Origin: an uncultured Clostridia bacterium
Lineage (GTDB): Bacteria > Bacillota > Clostridia > Christensenellales > UBA1242
Assembly (NCBI GenBank): GCA_947588355.1
Contig: CANPYI010000001.1
Coordinates: 77,771 to 141,770 of the forward strand
Length of the DNA: 64,000 bases
Direction: 5' to 3'
Position 1 is the stretch's first letter, and every line of letters begins with the position of its first letter. This document shows, one piece after another, positions 37,703-47,646 of this stretch. The translations under genes and the position numbers were made by a program. The notes under the pieces are model-generated. The model searched no databases. It saw only the letters and a list, made by a program, of their open reading frames with translations, and was not told where the DNA came from.

Positions 37703-37737
37703 ATATGGTGTATTATGCGTTGCATACTACACCATAT
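37703..37737 (+). repeat. intergenic palindrome, copy g (lepA|hemW spacer)
   Basis: ATATGGTGTATTATGCG-T-TGCATACTACACCATAT. The outer 10 bp (ATATGGTGTA/TACACCATAT) pair perfectly. Confidence 0.9.
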
Positions 37738-37745
37738 ATTGTTTC

Positions 37746-39551
37746 TTATTTGTCTTGGTCAAGTTTAAGTATGCTCATAAATGCCTCAGATGGAATTTCC
37801 ACAGAGCCAATTTTTCGCATACGCTTTTTGCCCTCTTTCTGCTTTTCCAAAAGTTTGCGTTTTCGCGTTATGTCCCCGCCATAACATTTTGCAAGCACAT
37901 CTTTTCTCATTGCTGAAATTGTTTCGCGTGCAATAATCTTACTTCCAATGCAAGCCTGAATTGGCACTTCAAACAATTGTCTTGGAATAATCTTTTTCAA
38001 TCTTTCCGTAAGTTCTCTTCCACGATTGTAAGCCTTGTCTTTATGCACAATAAGTGACAAAGCATCACATTTCTCGCCATTTAGCAGAAGGTCAACTTTC
38101 ACAAGTTCCGCAGGCATAAAGCCAGCAAATTCGTAGTCAAAACTTGCATATCCTTTTGTTCTGGATTTCAGACTGTCAAAAAAGTCATAAATTATCTCCC
38201 CTAGCGGCAAGATATACTTTAGTTCAACACGCTTTTTGTCAAGATATTGCATGTCTTTGTACTCGCCGCGCTTGTCTTGGCAAAGTTCCATAATAGCGCC
38301 AACATATTCTGGTGGTGTGTAGATACTTGTGCTTACAATAGGCTCTTCGATTCGGCTGATTTCAACTTGTGGCGGAAGATTTGAAGGATTGGAAACTTCC
38401 AACATTTCGCCATTTGTTTTGTACACATGATAAGACACACTTGGCGCAGTTGTGATTATATCCAAATCAAATTCGCGCTCCAAACGTTCGGTGATAATCT
38501 CAAGATGTAAAAGTCCCAAAAAGCCACAACGAAAACCAAAGCCAAGTGCCGATGAAACTTCGGGTGAAAATTGCAAGCTTGCATCGTTTAGTTTCAGTTT
38601 TTCCAATGCATCTTTCAAATCATTGTATTTTGCGCCGTCAACAGTGAAAATTCCGCAAAAAACAACAGGTTGAATTTCCTTATAGCCCGCCAAAGCCTCT
38701 TTTGCTGGATTTTCTGTCAACGTGATAGTGTCGCCGACTTTGACATCTGAAATTGTTTTTATTGACGCAGCCACATAGCCAACTTCACCTGCGGAAAGGA
38801 TTTCTGTCTGTTTTGTGTTTGGCACAAATATGCCAACCTCGGTCACTTCAAATGTTTTGCCGGTTTGCAGCATAAGAATTTGATCTCCCGCCTTGACTGT
38901 TCCGTCAAACACCCTTATCAAGCAAATGGCACCCTTAAAATTGTCATAGTGACTGTCAAAAATCAATGCTTTGAGAGGTTTCTCGTCATCTCCAATCGGA
39001 GATGGGATTTTTTCTACAATAGCCCTTAAAACTTGATCAACATTTGTGCCTTCTTTTGCGGAAATGCACGGGCAATCATCAGCATCAAGCCCAATCACCT
39101 CTTCAATCTCGTTCTTTGCATCTTCAATCCTGGCAGATGGCAAGTCAATTTTGTTTATCACAGGCACTATTTCAAGATTGTTGTCAAGTGCCAAATAAGT
39201 GTTTGCAAGTGTTTGCGCCTCCACACCCTGAGAAGCATCAACAAGCAAAATCGCTCCCTCACAAGCAGTCAAAGAGCGTGACACTTCGTAGGTAAAGTCA
39301 ACGTGACCCGGCGTGTCAATCAAATTGAGGATATATTCCTCGCCGTTGTACTCATAAACAAGTCTTGTTGGAGCAAGTTTTATCGTTATTCCTTTTTCAC
39401 GCTCCAACTCCATACTATCCAAAATTTGCTCTTGCATGTCACGTTTGGAAACAGTGCCCGTAAGTTCAATCAGTCTGTCTGCAAGTGTGCTTTTTCCATG
39501 ATCGATGTGTGCAATTATGCAAAAGTTTCTGATATGTGATAAATCTTTCAA
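37746..39551 (-). CDS. lepA: translation elongation factor 4 (LepA)
   Basis: [21 protein letters not shown], LepA-specific C-terminal domain. TTG start after AAAGGAAAAG. Confidence 0.95.
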   Translation of the reverse strand: MKDLSHIRNFCIIAHIDHGKSTLADRLIELTGTVSKRDMQEQILDSMELEREKGITIKLAPTRLVYEYNGEEYILNLIDTPGHVDFTYEVSRSLTACEGAILLVDASQGVEAQTLANTYLALDNNLEIVPVINKIDLPSARIEDAKNEIEEVIGLDADDCPCISAKEGTNVDQVLRAIVEKIPSPIGDDEKPLKALIFDSHYDNFKGAICLIRVFDGTVKAGDQILMLQTGKTFEVTEVGIFVPNTKQTEILSAGEVGYVAASIKTISDVKVGDTITLTENPAKEALAGYKEIQPVVFCGIFTVDGAKYNDLKDALEKLKLNDASLQFSPEVSSALGFGFRCGFLGLLHLEIITERLEREFDLDIITTAPSVSYHVYKTNGEMLEVSNPSNLPPQVEISRIEEPIVSTSIYTPPEYVGAIMELCQDKRGEYKDMQYLDKKRVELKYILPLGEIIYDFFDSLKSRTKGYASFDYEFAGFMPAELVKVDLLLNGEKCDALSLIVHKDKAYNRGRELTERLKKIIPRQLFEVPIQACIGSKIIARETISAMRKDVLAKCYGGDITRKRKLLEKQKEGKKRMRKIGSVEIPSEAFMSILKLDQDK

Positions 39552-39684
39552 ATTCTTTTCCTTTATGCACCTATTTTACAACACAACACTTCGTTTTTGC
39601 AAAGAATTTTAGGTATTTGATATTTTCATTTTGTTTTTCTGACATTTTTTGCTAAAATATTAAAAGAAAAATTATGGAGGGTTT

Positions 39685-40632
39685 ATGGCAAAACTTTATT
39701 ACAAATTTGGTGTCATGGGTTCATCAAAAACTGCTTCCGCACTGATGTGCAGATTCAATTACTTGCAAAAGGGAATAAGTGTTTTACTTTTAAAACCAAA
39801 AATTGACAACAGAGACTCAAGTGATGAAGTTGTTGCACGGATTGGCATCTCTGCGCCTTGCACAACCTTTTCAGAAAGCGAAAATCTGCAGGTTTTGTTT
39901 GATGAGCAAAACGCACAAAACAAATTTAAGGTTGTTATTGTTGATGAATGTCAGTTTTGCACAAAAAAACAAATTGACCAACTTCGTGAAATTGCAGAAA
40001 ACGTGCCGGTTTTGTGCTATGGTCTGAAAACAAACTTTAAAGGCGAACTTTTTGAAGGTAGCAAACGGTTATTGGAAATTGCAGACAGCATCCAAGAGAT
40101 AAAAAGTGTTTGTCAGTGCGGCAAAAAAGCCATAATGAATGGCCGTTTTGTCAAAGGACTTATGGTCACTGACGGTCAAGAGATTGAAATTGGTGGCGAC
40201 GAAAAATATCGCGGTCTGTGTTGGAGTTGCTTCAAAAAAGAACAGGAAAAAACAAGAGTTTATGAAAAAATTATCAAGCACCTTAATGTTTTGAAAGAAT
40301 TGGACAGCGCCGGAAATTGGTCTGGTGACACTTCAGCCGACAACATTATTATGCAAACTCCACATGTTATTTACGAAGACGATGTCAAGACTTTTATCGA
40401 AGATTTTAAAGAATTTCAGATAAAGTCCCCCGACAAAATACTGCTTATCGATGACAATATTGACACTTTGCGTAAAATCACGATGAAAGACAAAGACTTT
40501 GACTATATGATGTGCCTTATTTCCTTTGTGTTGAAATTAGAAAAAGACAAACCAGGAATACTAAAAACCCTCATCGAAGACGGCACTATGATAAAATGGC
40601 TAAAACAAATTAAAAAGTGTGTTGACGAATAA
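39685..40632 (+). CDS. tdk: thymidine kinase fused to an unassigned ~120-aa C-terminal domain
   Basis: Residues 1-195 form a TK1-type kinase: P-loop GVMGSSKT, VIVDECQF, zinc ribbon CQCG...CWSC. Residues ~196-315 (NWSGDTSADNII...GTMIKWLKQIKK) match nothing I recognise. Confidence 0.85.
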   Translation: MAKLYYKFGVMGSSKTASALMCRFNYLQKGISVLLLKPKIDNRDSSDEVVARIGISAPCTTFSESENLQVLFDEQNAQNKFKVVIVDECQFCTKKQIDQLREIAENVPVLCYGLKTNFKGELFEGSKRLLEIADSIQEIKSVCQCGKKAIMNGRFVKGLMVTDGQEIEIGGDEKYRGLCWSCFKKEQEKTRVYEKIIKHLNVLKELDSAGNWSGDTSADNIIMQTPHVIYEDDVKTFIEDFKEFQIKSPDKILLIDDNIDTLRKITMKDKDFDYMMCLISFVLKLEKDKPGILKTLIEDGTMIKWLKQIKKCVDE

Positions 40633-40657
40633 AAAAAAGAGCGTTTGCTCTTTTTTA
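40631..40657. terminator. bidirectional intrinsic terminator between tdk and efp
   Basis: AAAAAAAA-GAGC-GTTT-GCTC-TTTTTT in the convergent gap. Confidence 0.75.
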
Positions 40658-41218
40658 TTTGTTTACTTTTTCCATGTATGAGCCGTCACGAGTGTCAACT
40701 CGGATTATATCGCCAATGTTGACAAAAAGCGGAACATTGATTGTGTAGCCTGTGACAAGTTTTGCAGGCTTTTTTGATGCTTTGGAAGTGTCACCCTGTA
40801 TGCCTGGCTCTGTGTCCGCAACTTCAAGTTCAACAAAAGTTGGAGGATAAACTGCAAATGGAACACCCTTGTACATAAACATTGTTGTTGGCATGTTTTC
40901 CGTAACAAAGTTTAAAGCATCGGCAACGATGTCGCGATTGAGTGGCATCTGCTCATATGTTTCATTGTCCATAAAGTAATAAAGGTCGCCGTCATTGTAA
41001 AGATAAAGCATTTCTTTCTTTTCAATAACTGCCTCTTGAAATTTGTCGCTTGGATTGAAAGTTGTTTCTTTCACTTGACCTGTCATAACGTTTTTGATTG
41101 TTGCTCTTACAAATGGTGAGCCTTTTCCTGGTTTTACATGCATAAAATCAGTGACACTGTAAACTGCACCTTCCCATTCAAAAGTTGTTCCTTTTCTGAA
41201 ATCTCCTGCTGTAACCAT
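40655..41218 (-). CDS. efp: translation elongation factor P
   Basis: [21 protein letters not shown] loop, 187 aa. Confidence 0.95.
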   Translation of the reverse strand: MVTAGDFRKGTTFEWEGAVYSVTDFMHVKPGKGSPFVRATIKNVMTGQVKETTFNPSDKFQEAVIEKKEMLYLYNDGDLYYFMDNETYEQMPLNRDIVADALNFVTENMPTTMFMYKGVPFAVYPPTFVELEVADTEPGIQGDTSKASKKPAKLVTGYTINVPLFVNIGDIIRVDTRDGSYMEKVNK

Positions 41219-41294
41219 GTTTGTTTCTCCTATATAATATTTCTATCACGCCCTAGTTTAACATATTCCACCGGCAATATCAAGTGTTTTTTAA

Positions 41295-42176
41295 TCAAAA
41301 CTTACATTTTTTTAAGTAAGTTTCTTTCATCAAAACACTATCTTCTGCCATTGTGCCATTACTTTCACAAATAATATGACAATTCATTTTGTTTTCAATC
41401 AGAAAATCACACAAAGGCTCAAACTCTGGGCCATAAACAGTGTCGTCAAAGGTTAAGTGTCTTATTTCACCCTTGTCGCCATACTGAATTTTTGAGAAGT
41501 GTATGTGTGCATTTCTTGTTCTTTCTTCCCCAAGTTTTTCAAAGCAATAATCAAATATTCTCTTGTAGTCGTCCTTGCTTTTCAAACTGCCTTGCGTCAA
41601 AGCATTGATATGCCCAAAATCAAAAGTTGGCATAAGTTTTGGCGAAATTGTGCAAAGGTCAACTATTTCTTTCCAGGTGCCAATCTGCATTTGTTTGCCC
41701 ATTGTTTCGGGATTAAGGAACATTCCTTCGCCAAGTTCTTGCTCAAAAAGTGGCATAAATTCTTTAAATCTGTCCGTCATAAGAGCAATGGCATTTTGGC
41801 GAGTTTCCTTTCCGCATGAGCCAGCATGAAAGGTGAATCGATTGACTTGCATGGCTTGCATAAACTTTATGCCCGTGCGTATGTATCCCAAAGATTTTTC
41901 GTACATCACCGGGTCAGGATTTGCAAAGTTAATAAAATAAGGTGCATGAATGGAAAGTTCAATGCCGTGATTTTTGAATTCTTGACCAATCTTTTGTGCC
42001 ATATCAAAGTTCATACGATAACCTTGTCCAAAAGAATATTCAAAAAGGTCAAGTCCCCCAGAAAATTTGTCCTGTCCCTGTTTTTTTAGCCAATTGGGTG
42101 CTTCAAGAGTACTTTTGTGCCCTTGTTGAAAAAAACTTTCACTGTTGCCAGCAGGTCCAAACAATAATTTACCCAT
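41295..42176 (-). CDS. endonuclease IV-like TIM-barrel protein (AP endonuclease 2 / xylose isomerase-like fold)
   Basis: HAPYFINFANPD, FHAGSCGK, NPETMG, FDFGHINA, HIHFSKIQYGDKGEIRH parallel the Nfo metal-binding blocks. Confidence 0.65.
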   Translation of the reverse strand: MGKLLFGPAGNSESFFQQGHKSTLEAPNWLKKQGQDKFSGGLDLFEYSFGQGYRMNFDMAQKIGQEFKNHGIELSIHAPYFINFANPDPVMYEKSLGYIRTGIKFMQAMQVNRFTFHAGSCGKETRQNAIALMTDRFKEFMPLFEQELGEGMFLNPETMGKQMQIGTWKEIVDLCTISPKLMPTFDFGHINALTQGSLKSKDDYKRIFDYCFEKLGEERTRNAHIHFSKIQYGDKGEIRHLTFDDTVYGPEFEPLCDFLIENKMNCHIICESNGTMAEDSVLMKETYLKKCKF

Positions 42177-42195
42177 ATTTTTCTCCTTTTAAAAT

Positions 42196-43062
42196 TCACA
42201 CAAGTCTTAGCGACAATTTCAACTTGTTGTCAACACACTTTCCAACTCCCAAAAACTGCTTTTCGAAAAAAACTTTATATTCCCCGTTTTGTGATTCAAA
42301 CATAATCGTCATGCCGTTTAAAATTTTTTGGGATTGTGTTTTGTTTAAAATAATGCTGTTGTAATCAAACAGATCTTGGCAAGAAATTATTTTTATATCG
42401 CCATTTTTTATTTGATCCAAGGTGCAAGCATCTTTCAAATCAAACTTGCCACACTTTGTACGCAAAATAGACTTCATAGTCCCGTATGTGCCAAGTTTTT
42501 CCGCCATATCTCTGCACAAAGACCGTATATAAGTTCCACTTGAGCAAGACACTTGAAATTTGAAAGTGTTTGTTGACACCCATTCCATCACCTTGATGTC
42601 AAAAATCTCAATTTCTTTTGGCTGAAGGCTCAAAATGTTGCCCTTGAGTGCTTCCTTGTATGCCACCTTGCCAGCAACTTTTTTCGCGGAATACATCGGT
42701 GGCATTTGCAGTTGTTTTCCAAGCATTTTCTTACAAACCTTTTCAACGTCATTCAAAGAGATATTGCATGGTTTTTCTTTAACAATATTACCCGCCATGT
42801 CAAGTGTGTCAGTTTCAAATCCAAAAACAAAAACCGTCTCATAGCATTTGTCTTTCGAAAGAAAATAATCAAAAAGTTTTGTTGCACTGTTCACAGTGAC
42901 CGGAAGAAGCCCCTCTCCTTCCAAGTCCAAAGTGCCAAGATGACCTGCTTTTTGAGCATTTAAGGCATGCTTTACAACATTGACGGTACTGTTGGAAGAT
43001 ATGCCGACAGGCTTGTTGACCAAAACTATTCCGCTTGCTTGTGACTTTAGGTTGCTTTCCAA
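42196..43062 (-). CDS. truB: tRNA pseudouridine(55) synthase
   Basis: GIVLVNKPVGISS, catalytic AGHLGTLDLEGEGLL. TTG start after GAGGGA. Confidence 0.9.
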   Translation of the reverse strand: MESNLKSQASGIVLVNKPVGISSNSTVNVVKHALNAQKAGHLGTLDLEGEGLLPVTVNSATKLFDYFLSKDKCYETVFVFGFETDTLDMAGNIVKEKPCNISLNDVEKVCKKMLGKQLQMPPMYSAKKVAGKVAYKEALKGNILSLQPKEIEIFDIKVMEWVSTNTFKFQVSCSSGTYIRSLCRDMAEKLGTYGTMKSILRTKCGKFDLKDACTLDQIKNGDIKIISCQDLFDYNSIILNKTQSQKILNGMTIMFESQNGEYKVFFEKQFLGVGKCVDNKLKLSLRLV

Positions 43063-43077
43063 AATTCCCTCACTCGA

Positions 43078-44070
43078 TTATATTTGATTGTATTTCAAAA
43101 TTTCTTTGCACCAATCTTTTGCCGCTTTTTTGAGTTGTGAAAAACTGCCATTAAACACAAATCCAGAAGCGCACACATGACCGCCACCGTCAAAATTTTT
43201 GGCAAACTTTTGAGCATTCAATTGTTTTGTGCGAATGCTTATTTTGAAGGAATTTTTCTTGTATTCGATACACAAAAATGTTGCCAAAACACCAACAAGA
43301 TTTATTGTACAATTTGTGTAATTTTTGACAAATTCTTGGTCAACACCAAGTTTTTTTAAGTTTTTCAGCGTGAAAATGGTGTAGCAAGTTTTGCCATTAT
43401 TTTCAAATTTTGTGTTTTTGAAAAACTTATTTTGCACATCAATGCTTTTCATAGTGTTGCTGCGATAAAGTTTGTCATAAACAAACTGAGCGTCTGCCCC
43501 CGCATCAAACAAAACAATTGCTGTTTCAAACACATCATGAGAAAGATTGTTATGCAAAAATCTGTCAGTGTCGCCAATTAAGCCTGCATAAAGATATGTG
43601 GCAATTTCTGGTGTGATTTTTAAATTATTTACTTGCATAACGTGTGTCAAAAGTTGCGTGCAAGATGCACAATTATTGTCAATTAAAGAATTTTTTATAT
43701 CAACCTTTTCTTGGACATGATGGTCAAAGAAAAACAACTCTTTTGCTTTTTTAATTCCAGTCACAAAACTTTCGTGGACACGCAAAATCTCATTTGCATC
43801 AACAAGAATAACCGCGTCAAAATCGGCAGCCTTAAAATCAGTTCGAAGTTCATTTAATGGAAAAATCTCGTCCAAACTTCCTTCCGCATTTTTCACAGCA
43901 AAAATTTCAGCCATTTTGCCTAAATCTCTAAACATTTGACGAAAAGCAAAGGCCGAGCCATATGCGTCAGGATCGGGATTTACATGAGTGAAGATAGCTA
44001 TGGATTTTGCGTTTTGAAGTTGTTTAAACATTTTTTGACTTTTGGTGTCAAATTTTTCAGTTGTTTTCAT
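43078..44070 (-). CDS. nrnA: DHH/DHHA1 family phosphoesterase (NrnA-like)
   Basis: HVNPDPDAYGSA, FFFDHH, GGGHVCASGF. Lies between rbfA and truB. Confidence 0.85.
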   Translation of the reverse strand: MKTTEKFDTKSQKMFKQLQNAKSIAIFTHVNPDPDAYGSAFAFRQMFRDLGKMAEIFAVKNAEGSLDEIFPLNELRTDFKAADFDAVILVDANEILRVHESFVTGIKKAKELFFFDHHVQEKVDIKNSLIDNNCASCTQLLTHVMQVNNLKITPEIATYLYAGLIGDTDRFLHNNLSHDVFETAIVLFDAGADAQFVYDKLYRSNTMKSIDVQNKFFKNTKFENNGKTCYTIFTLKNLKKLGVDQEFVKNYTNCTINLVGVLATFLCIEYKKNSFKISIRTKQLNAQKFAKNFDGGGHVCASGFVFNGSFSQLKKAAKDWCKEILKYNQI

Positions 44071-44425
44071 CTTCGTCCTCCACCTTTGGAATATTCAAAG
44101 TTTTAAGGATTTCTTCAACTCTGATCGCACTTAAAGTGCTTTTGTCAACCGCAAAATTGATTTTTGGCACTTGTGGCATCTTGACAAGTTTTGCAAGTTC
44201 TCTTTTTATAAAGCCTTCACTTTTTTGCAAAATTTTTGTGACATTTGCAATTTCATCAACATTCAAAACACTGACTTTTGCCTTACAATATTTAAAATCA
44301 GGCGTTGTTTCAACATCTGTTATGCTGACGATTTGATTTAAGCGAGGGTCATTCATTTTTGTGTGAATAATTTCAATAAGTGCTTTTTGAATTTCACTGT
44401 TTGCCCTTTCCATTCGATTTGCCAT
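44057..44425 (-). CDS. rbfA: 30S ribosome-binding factor RbfA
   Basis: MANRMERANSEIQKALIEIIHTKMNDPRL. Start at ATG 44425 after GGAGG. Confidence 0.9.
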   Translation of the reverse strand: MANRMERANSEIQKALIEIIHTKMNDPRLNQIVSITDVETTPDFKYCKAKVSVLNVDEIANVTKILQKSEGFIKRELAKLVKMPQVPKINFAVDKSTLSAIRVEEILKTLNIPKVEDEDENN

Positions 44426-44450
44426 ATTCAACCTCCATTTCATAACACCA

Positions 44451-44504
44451 CAATATCTGGTGTATTATGCATGGCTCATATAAAGCATACTACACAAGAT
44501 ATTG
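44451..44504 (+). repeat. intergenic palindrome, copy h (infB|rbfA spacer) with enlarged loop
   Basis: CAATATCTGGTGTATTATGCA-TGGCTCATATAAA-GCATACTACACAAGATATTG. Outer arms CAATATCT/AGATATTG are complementary. Confidence 0.85.
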
Positions 44505-44554
44505 ATTAAACAAAAAGGAATTATATAAAATTTTAAATATAATTCCTCCTTTTG

Positions 44555-47074
44555 TCAGTCATTTTTTATTTCTTGTTTCACAAAGCATTCGATAATGTCG
44601 CCTTCGGCAAAATCAATATTGTCCTTAAGTTTGATACCACATTCAAAGCCTTTTGCAACTTCGCTCTTTTCGTCTTTGACAATCTTAAGGCTTTCAACAG
44701 TTGTATCACCAATCACATCACCGTTACGCTTAACTTTGGCAATTGCATTTCTTTGAATTTTGCCATCAAGCACATAACTTCCTGCAACCTTGCCGGCACT
44801 TGAAAGTTTGAACACCATTCGAATTTCGGCACTGCCAATATATTTTTCTTCATATTTGATTGCCATCATACCCTTTGAGAGTCTTGTTATTTGGTCAACA
44901 ATTTCATAGATAATTTTGCTTTCAATAAATTGAACTTTCAAACTTTCCATCATTGATGTAATTTTGCTTGATGTTTTGAGGTTGAAAGCAATCATTGTTG
45001 CCCCTGTTGTTTGAGCAAGCAAAACATCACTTTCTGTGATTGCTCCGGCGCCGCTGTGCAAGCAAACAACCTTAACTTCGTCATTTCTTATTGCTTCAAG
45101 GCTGGCTTTAAGCGCTTCAACTGAACCTTGCGTGTCCGCTTTGATGATTATGTTCAAACTTTTCAACTTGCCTTCATGCACTCTGCTCATAAAGTCATCG
45201 ACACTTACGCCTGATGTGTGTTTTGAGCGTTCTTCCTTTATTTTGTTTATACGTTCGTTGATCACCTGCTTTGATAAACTTTCTTCAACTGCATAAACAG
45301 CATCGCCTGAGTTTGGAACATCATTAAAGCCCATGACCGCAACAGGCGTTGATGGTGGTGCTTTTTTGACCGGTTTGCCATTTTCGTCAAACATCGCCTT
45401 AACTTTTCCGTAAGTGATGCCCGACATAATACTGTCGCCAACCTTCAAAGTGCCGTTTTGAACCAAAACGGTTGCAACTGGTCCTCTGGTTTTGTCAAGT
45501 TCAGCTTCAATAACTGTTCCTGTTGCCATTTTGTTTGGATTTGCTTTAAGTTCTTCCATTTCAGCAACAAGCAAAATCATCTTTTTAAGTTCATCAAGTC
45601 CCATTCCGGTTTTTGCAGAAATAGGCACACAAATGGCATCGCCGCCCCATTCTTCTGGCAAAATTCCATGTTCGGTCAATTGCTGCTTCACACGGTCAGG
45701 ATTGGCTTCCGGCTTATCCATCTTGTTTATAGCCACAATCATAGGCACTTTTGCCGCTTTGATATGATTTATTGCTTCAACTGTCTGCGGCATGATTCCA
45801 TCGTCAGCAGCAACAACCAAAATTGCGATATCTGTGACCTCAGCACCACGAGCACGCATAGCCGTGAAAGCAGCGTGACCCGGCGTATCGATAAATGTGA
45901 TTTTTTCGCCGTTGAATGAAATTTGATAAGCCCCGATTTTTTGAGTGATGCCTCCTGCCTCGCCAGAAACGACATTTGTTTTTCTGAAAGCATCAAGCAG
46001 TGATGTTTTGCCATGGTCAACATGCCCCATAACAGTAACTACAGGTGGCCTTTTCTTCAGATCAGCACTATCATCAACTTCAGAAGAAACATCTTTAAGT
46101 TTTTCTTCGTATGTTTTGTCCAACTTAAGTTCAAGAGTAACTCCAAATTCACTTGAAACAAGTTCTGCTGTGTCAAAATCAATTGCACTGTTGATTGTTG
46201 CCATAATAGACAGCATCATAAGTTTTTTTACAATTTCTGCAACGGGCTTTCCTATCTTTTCCGAAAGTTCCTTGACAGTGATTTCACGGGAAGTCAACAC
46301 GGCATGTGTGACTTGTGGAGCAACAGTCACCGGCATTTCACGTTTTTTCTTGATAAGTTTTCTTGAACCCATTGTGGTTTCTTCAAAACCATCTTCGTCC
46401 ATCACATAAATGTTGTTTTGCTTTCCGAAGCCAGCGCGAGATTTTGAATTGGTCTTTTTGTTTTCTTCTGTGATATTGCGACGTTGTTTGTTTTTGTTTC
46501 CAAAATTTCTTTCAGGAGTTGCCAAAACCGCACTACTTTCTGTAGGCTGACCAAAAGAACGGAAGCCATTTGCCCTTGTTGAAACAAAAGAGCCTGCGTT
46601 TCTGTTTTGCCCGTTTTGTCCAAAAGGTCTGTTTCCGCCCTGCCTGTTTTGACCATTCGTAGGTCGATTTTGTTGCGGTCTTTGTCCATCGCGAACAAAA
46701 TTTCTTTGTCCCATATTTTGACCACGAGCAAATTTGTCGTTTTGCCCGTCAAATTTTCGGAAATTGTTCTGCCCATTGCTTCCTTGCGAGAAAATTTGTT
46801 TTTTGTTTTCCTCTTTTTTAGGCAAATCTTTCTCGACCTTGTTTTCTGTCACAGGCTGAGCGACTGCCTCGGCATTTTGCTTTTTGCTTTCTTCAAAAAC
46901 GCGTTCTTCCTCCGCCTTTGCCAAAGCCTGCAATTTTGCTTTACGATCATTTAATGATTTGGAAAAAGTGTCCACCGCAGTTTTTGCATCTTTTATGGAC
47001 AATAAGATATTCTGCAAAGTGCCGTCTCTTTGCAAATTGTTGATAGTTTTTAATGCGTTGAGTTGTTGTGCCAA
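44555..47074 (-). CDS. infB: translation initiation factor IF-2
   Basis: GHVDHGKTS, DTPGHAAF, NKMD. Gln/Asn/Gly/Arg-rich N-terminal region. TTG start 6 nt after AAGGAG. Confidence 0.95.
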   Translation of the reverse strand: MAQQLNALKTINNLQRDGTLQNILLSIKDAKTAVDTFSKSLNDRKAKLQALAKAEEERVFEESKKQNAEAVAQPVTENKVEKDLPKKEENKKQIFSQGSNGQNNFRKFDGQNDKFARGQNMGQRNFVRDGQRPQQNRPTNGQNRQGGNRPFGQNGQNRNAGSFVSTRANGFRSFGQPTESSAVLATPERNFGNKNKQRRNITEENKKTNSKSRAGFGKQNNIYVMDEDGFEETTMGSRKLIKKKREMPVTVAPQVTHAVLTSREITVKELSEKIGKPVAEIVKKLMMLSIMATINSAIDFDTAELVSSEFGVTLELKLDKTYEEKLKDVSSEVDDSADLKKRPPVVTVMGHVDHGKTSLLDAFRKTNVVSGEAGGITQKIGAYQISFNGEKITFIDTPGHAAFTAMRARGAEVTDIAILVVAADDGIMPQTVEAINHIKAAKVPMIVAINKMDKPEANPDRVKQQLTEHGILPEEWGGDAICVPISAKTGMGLDELKKMILLVAEMEELKANPNKMATGTVIEAELDKTRGPVATVLVQNGTLKVGDSIMSGITYGKVKAMFDENGKPVKKAPPSTPVAVMGFNDVPNSGDAVYAVEESLSKQVINERINKIKEERSKHTSGVSVDDFMSRVHEGKLKSLNIIIKADTQGSVEALKASLEAIRNDEVKVVCLHSGAGAITESDVLLAQTTGATMIAFNLKTSSKITSMMESLKVQFIESKIIYEIVDQITRLSKGMMAIKYEEKYIGSAEIRMVFKLSSAGKVAGSYVLDGKIQRNAIAKVKRNGDVIGDTTVESLKIVKDEKSEVAKGFECGIKLKDNIDFAEGDIIECFVKQEIKND

Positions 47075-47075
47075 A

Positions 47076-47402
47076 TCATTCTCCTTTATTATTTTTTTCT
47101 TGAATTTTGTCCGAAATCAGTTCAGTAAATTTTTTGTTCTTTATTCCTATTGCCTTGCAATTTTGTATGCCAATCATCTTTTCAACTTCTGGCAAAACTG
47201 CAAGCGGAATTTGTCTTTTGTTTGACAGAAAGTTCATTTCTCGCATCAAACTTTTGCCCGCACTTTCGTCAACAATCAAAAGATACAATCTTTTTTCATA
47301 TTTAAGCAAATTTTCAAGCCCAATCACTGTGTAGCCTGCTTTTCTTGACAGCGAAAACAAACCTTTCAAATCATTGTTCAATTTCTTGTCCAATTTTTTC
47401 AT
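47076..47402 (-). CDS. ylxQ: L7Ae-family RNA-binding protein YlxQ
   Basis: LFSLSRKAGYTVIG, between ylxR and infB. Start at ATG 47402 after GGAGG. Confidence 0.8.
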   Translation of the reverse strand: MKKLDKKLNNDLKGLFSLSRKAGYTVIGLENLLKYEKRLYLLIVDESAGKSLMREMNFLSNKRQIPLAVLPEVEKMIGIQNCKAIGIKNKKFTELISDKIQEKNNKGE

Positions 47403-47643
47403 AAACCTCCGCGTCAACATTGCACTTAAATGCTTTATTTAAGCACTTTTGCTTGCACAGTTTTTCAAAACATTGTTTGTCCTTGCAAACGTACGCTCCG
47501 CGACCATTTGCCTTGCCAGTTTTATCTACAAAAATCTGTCCTTCTTTGTTTTTGACAATTCGCAAAAGCGTTTTTTTGTCACTTTGAGAACGACATACTA
47601 TGCACATTCTCAATTTTTCTTTAGGTTTGTTTTCTGAATTCAT
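47371..47643 (-). CDS. ylxR: YlxR (DUF448) RNA-binding protein
   Basis: RMCIVCRSQSDKKTLLRIV...GRGAYVC, 90 aa, downstream of nusA. Confidence 0.9.
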   Translation of the reverse strand: MNSENKPKEKLRMCIVCRSQSDKKTLLRIVKNKEGQIFVDKTGKANGRGAYVCKDKQCFEKLCKQKCLNKAFKCNVDAEVYEKIGQEIEQ

Positions 47644-47646
47644 CTT

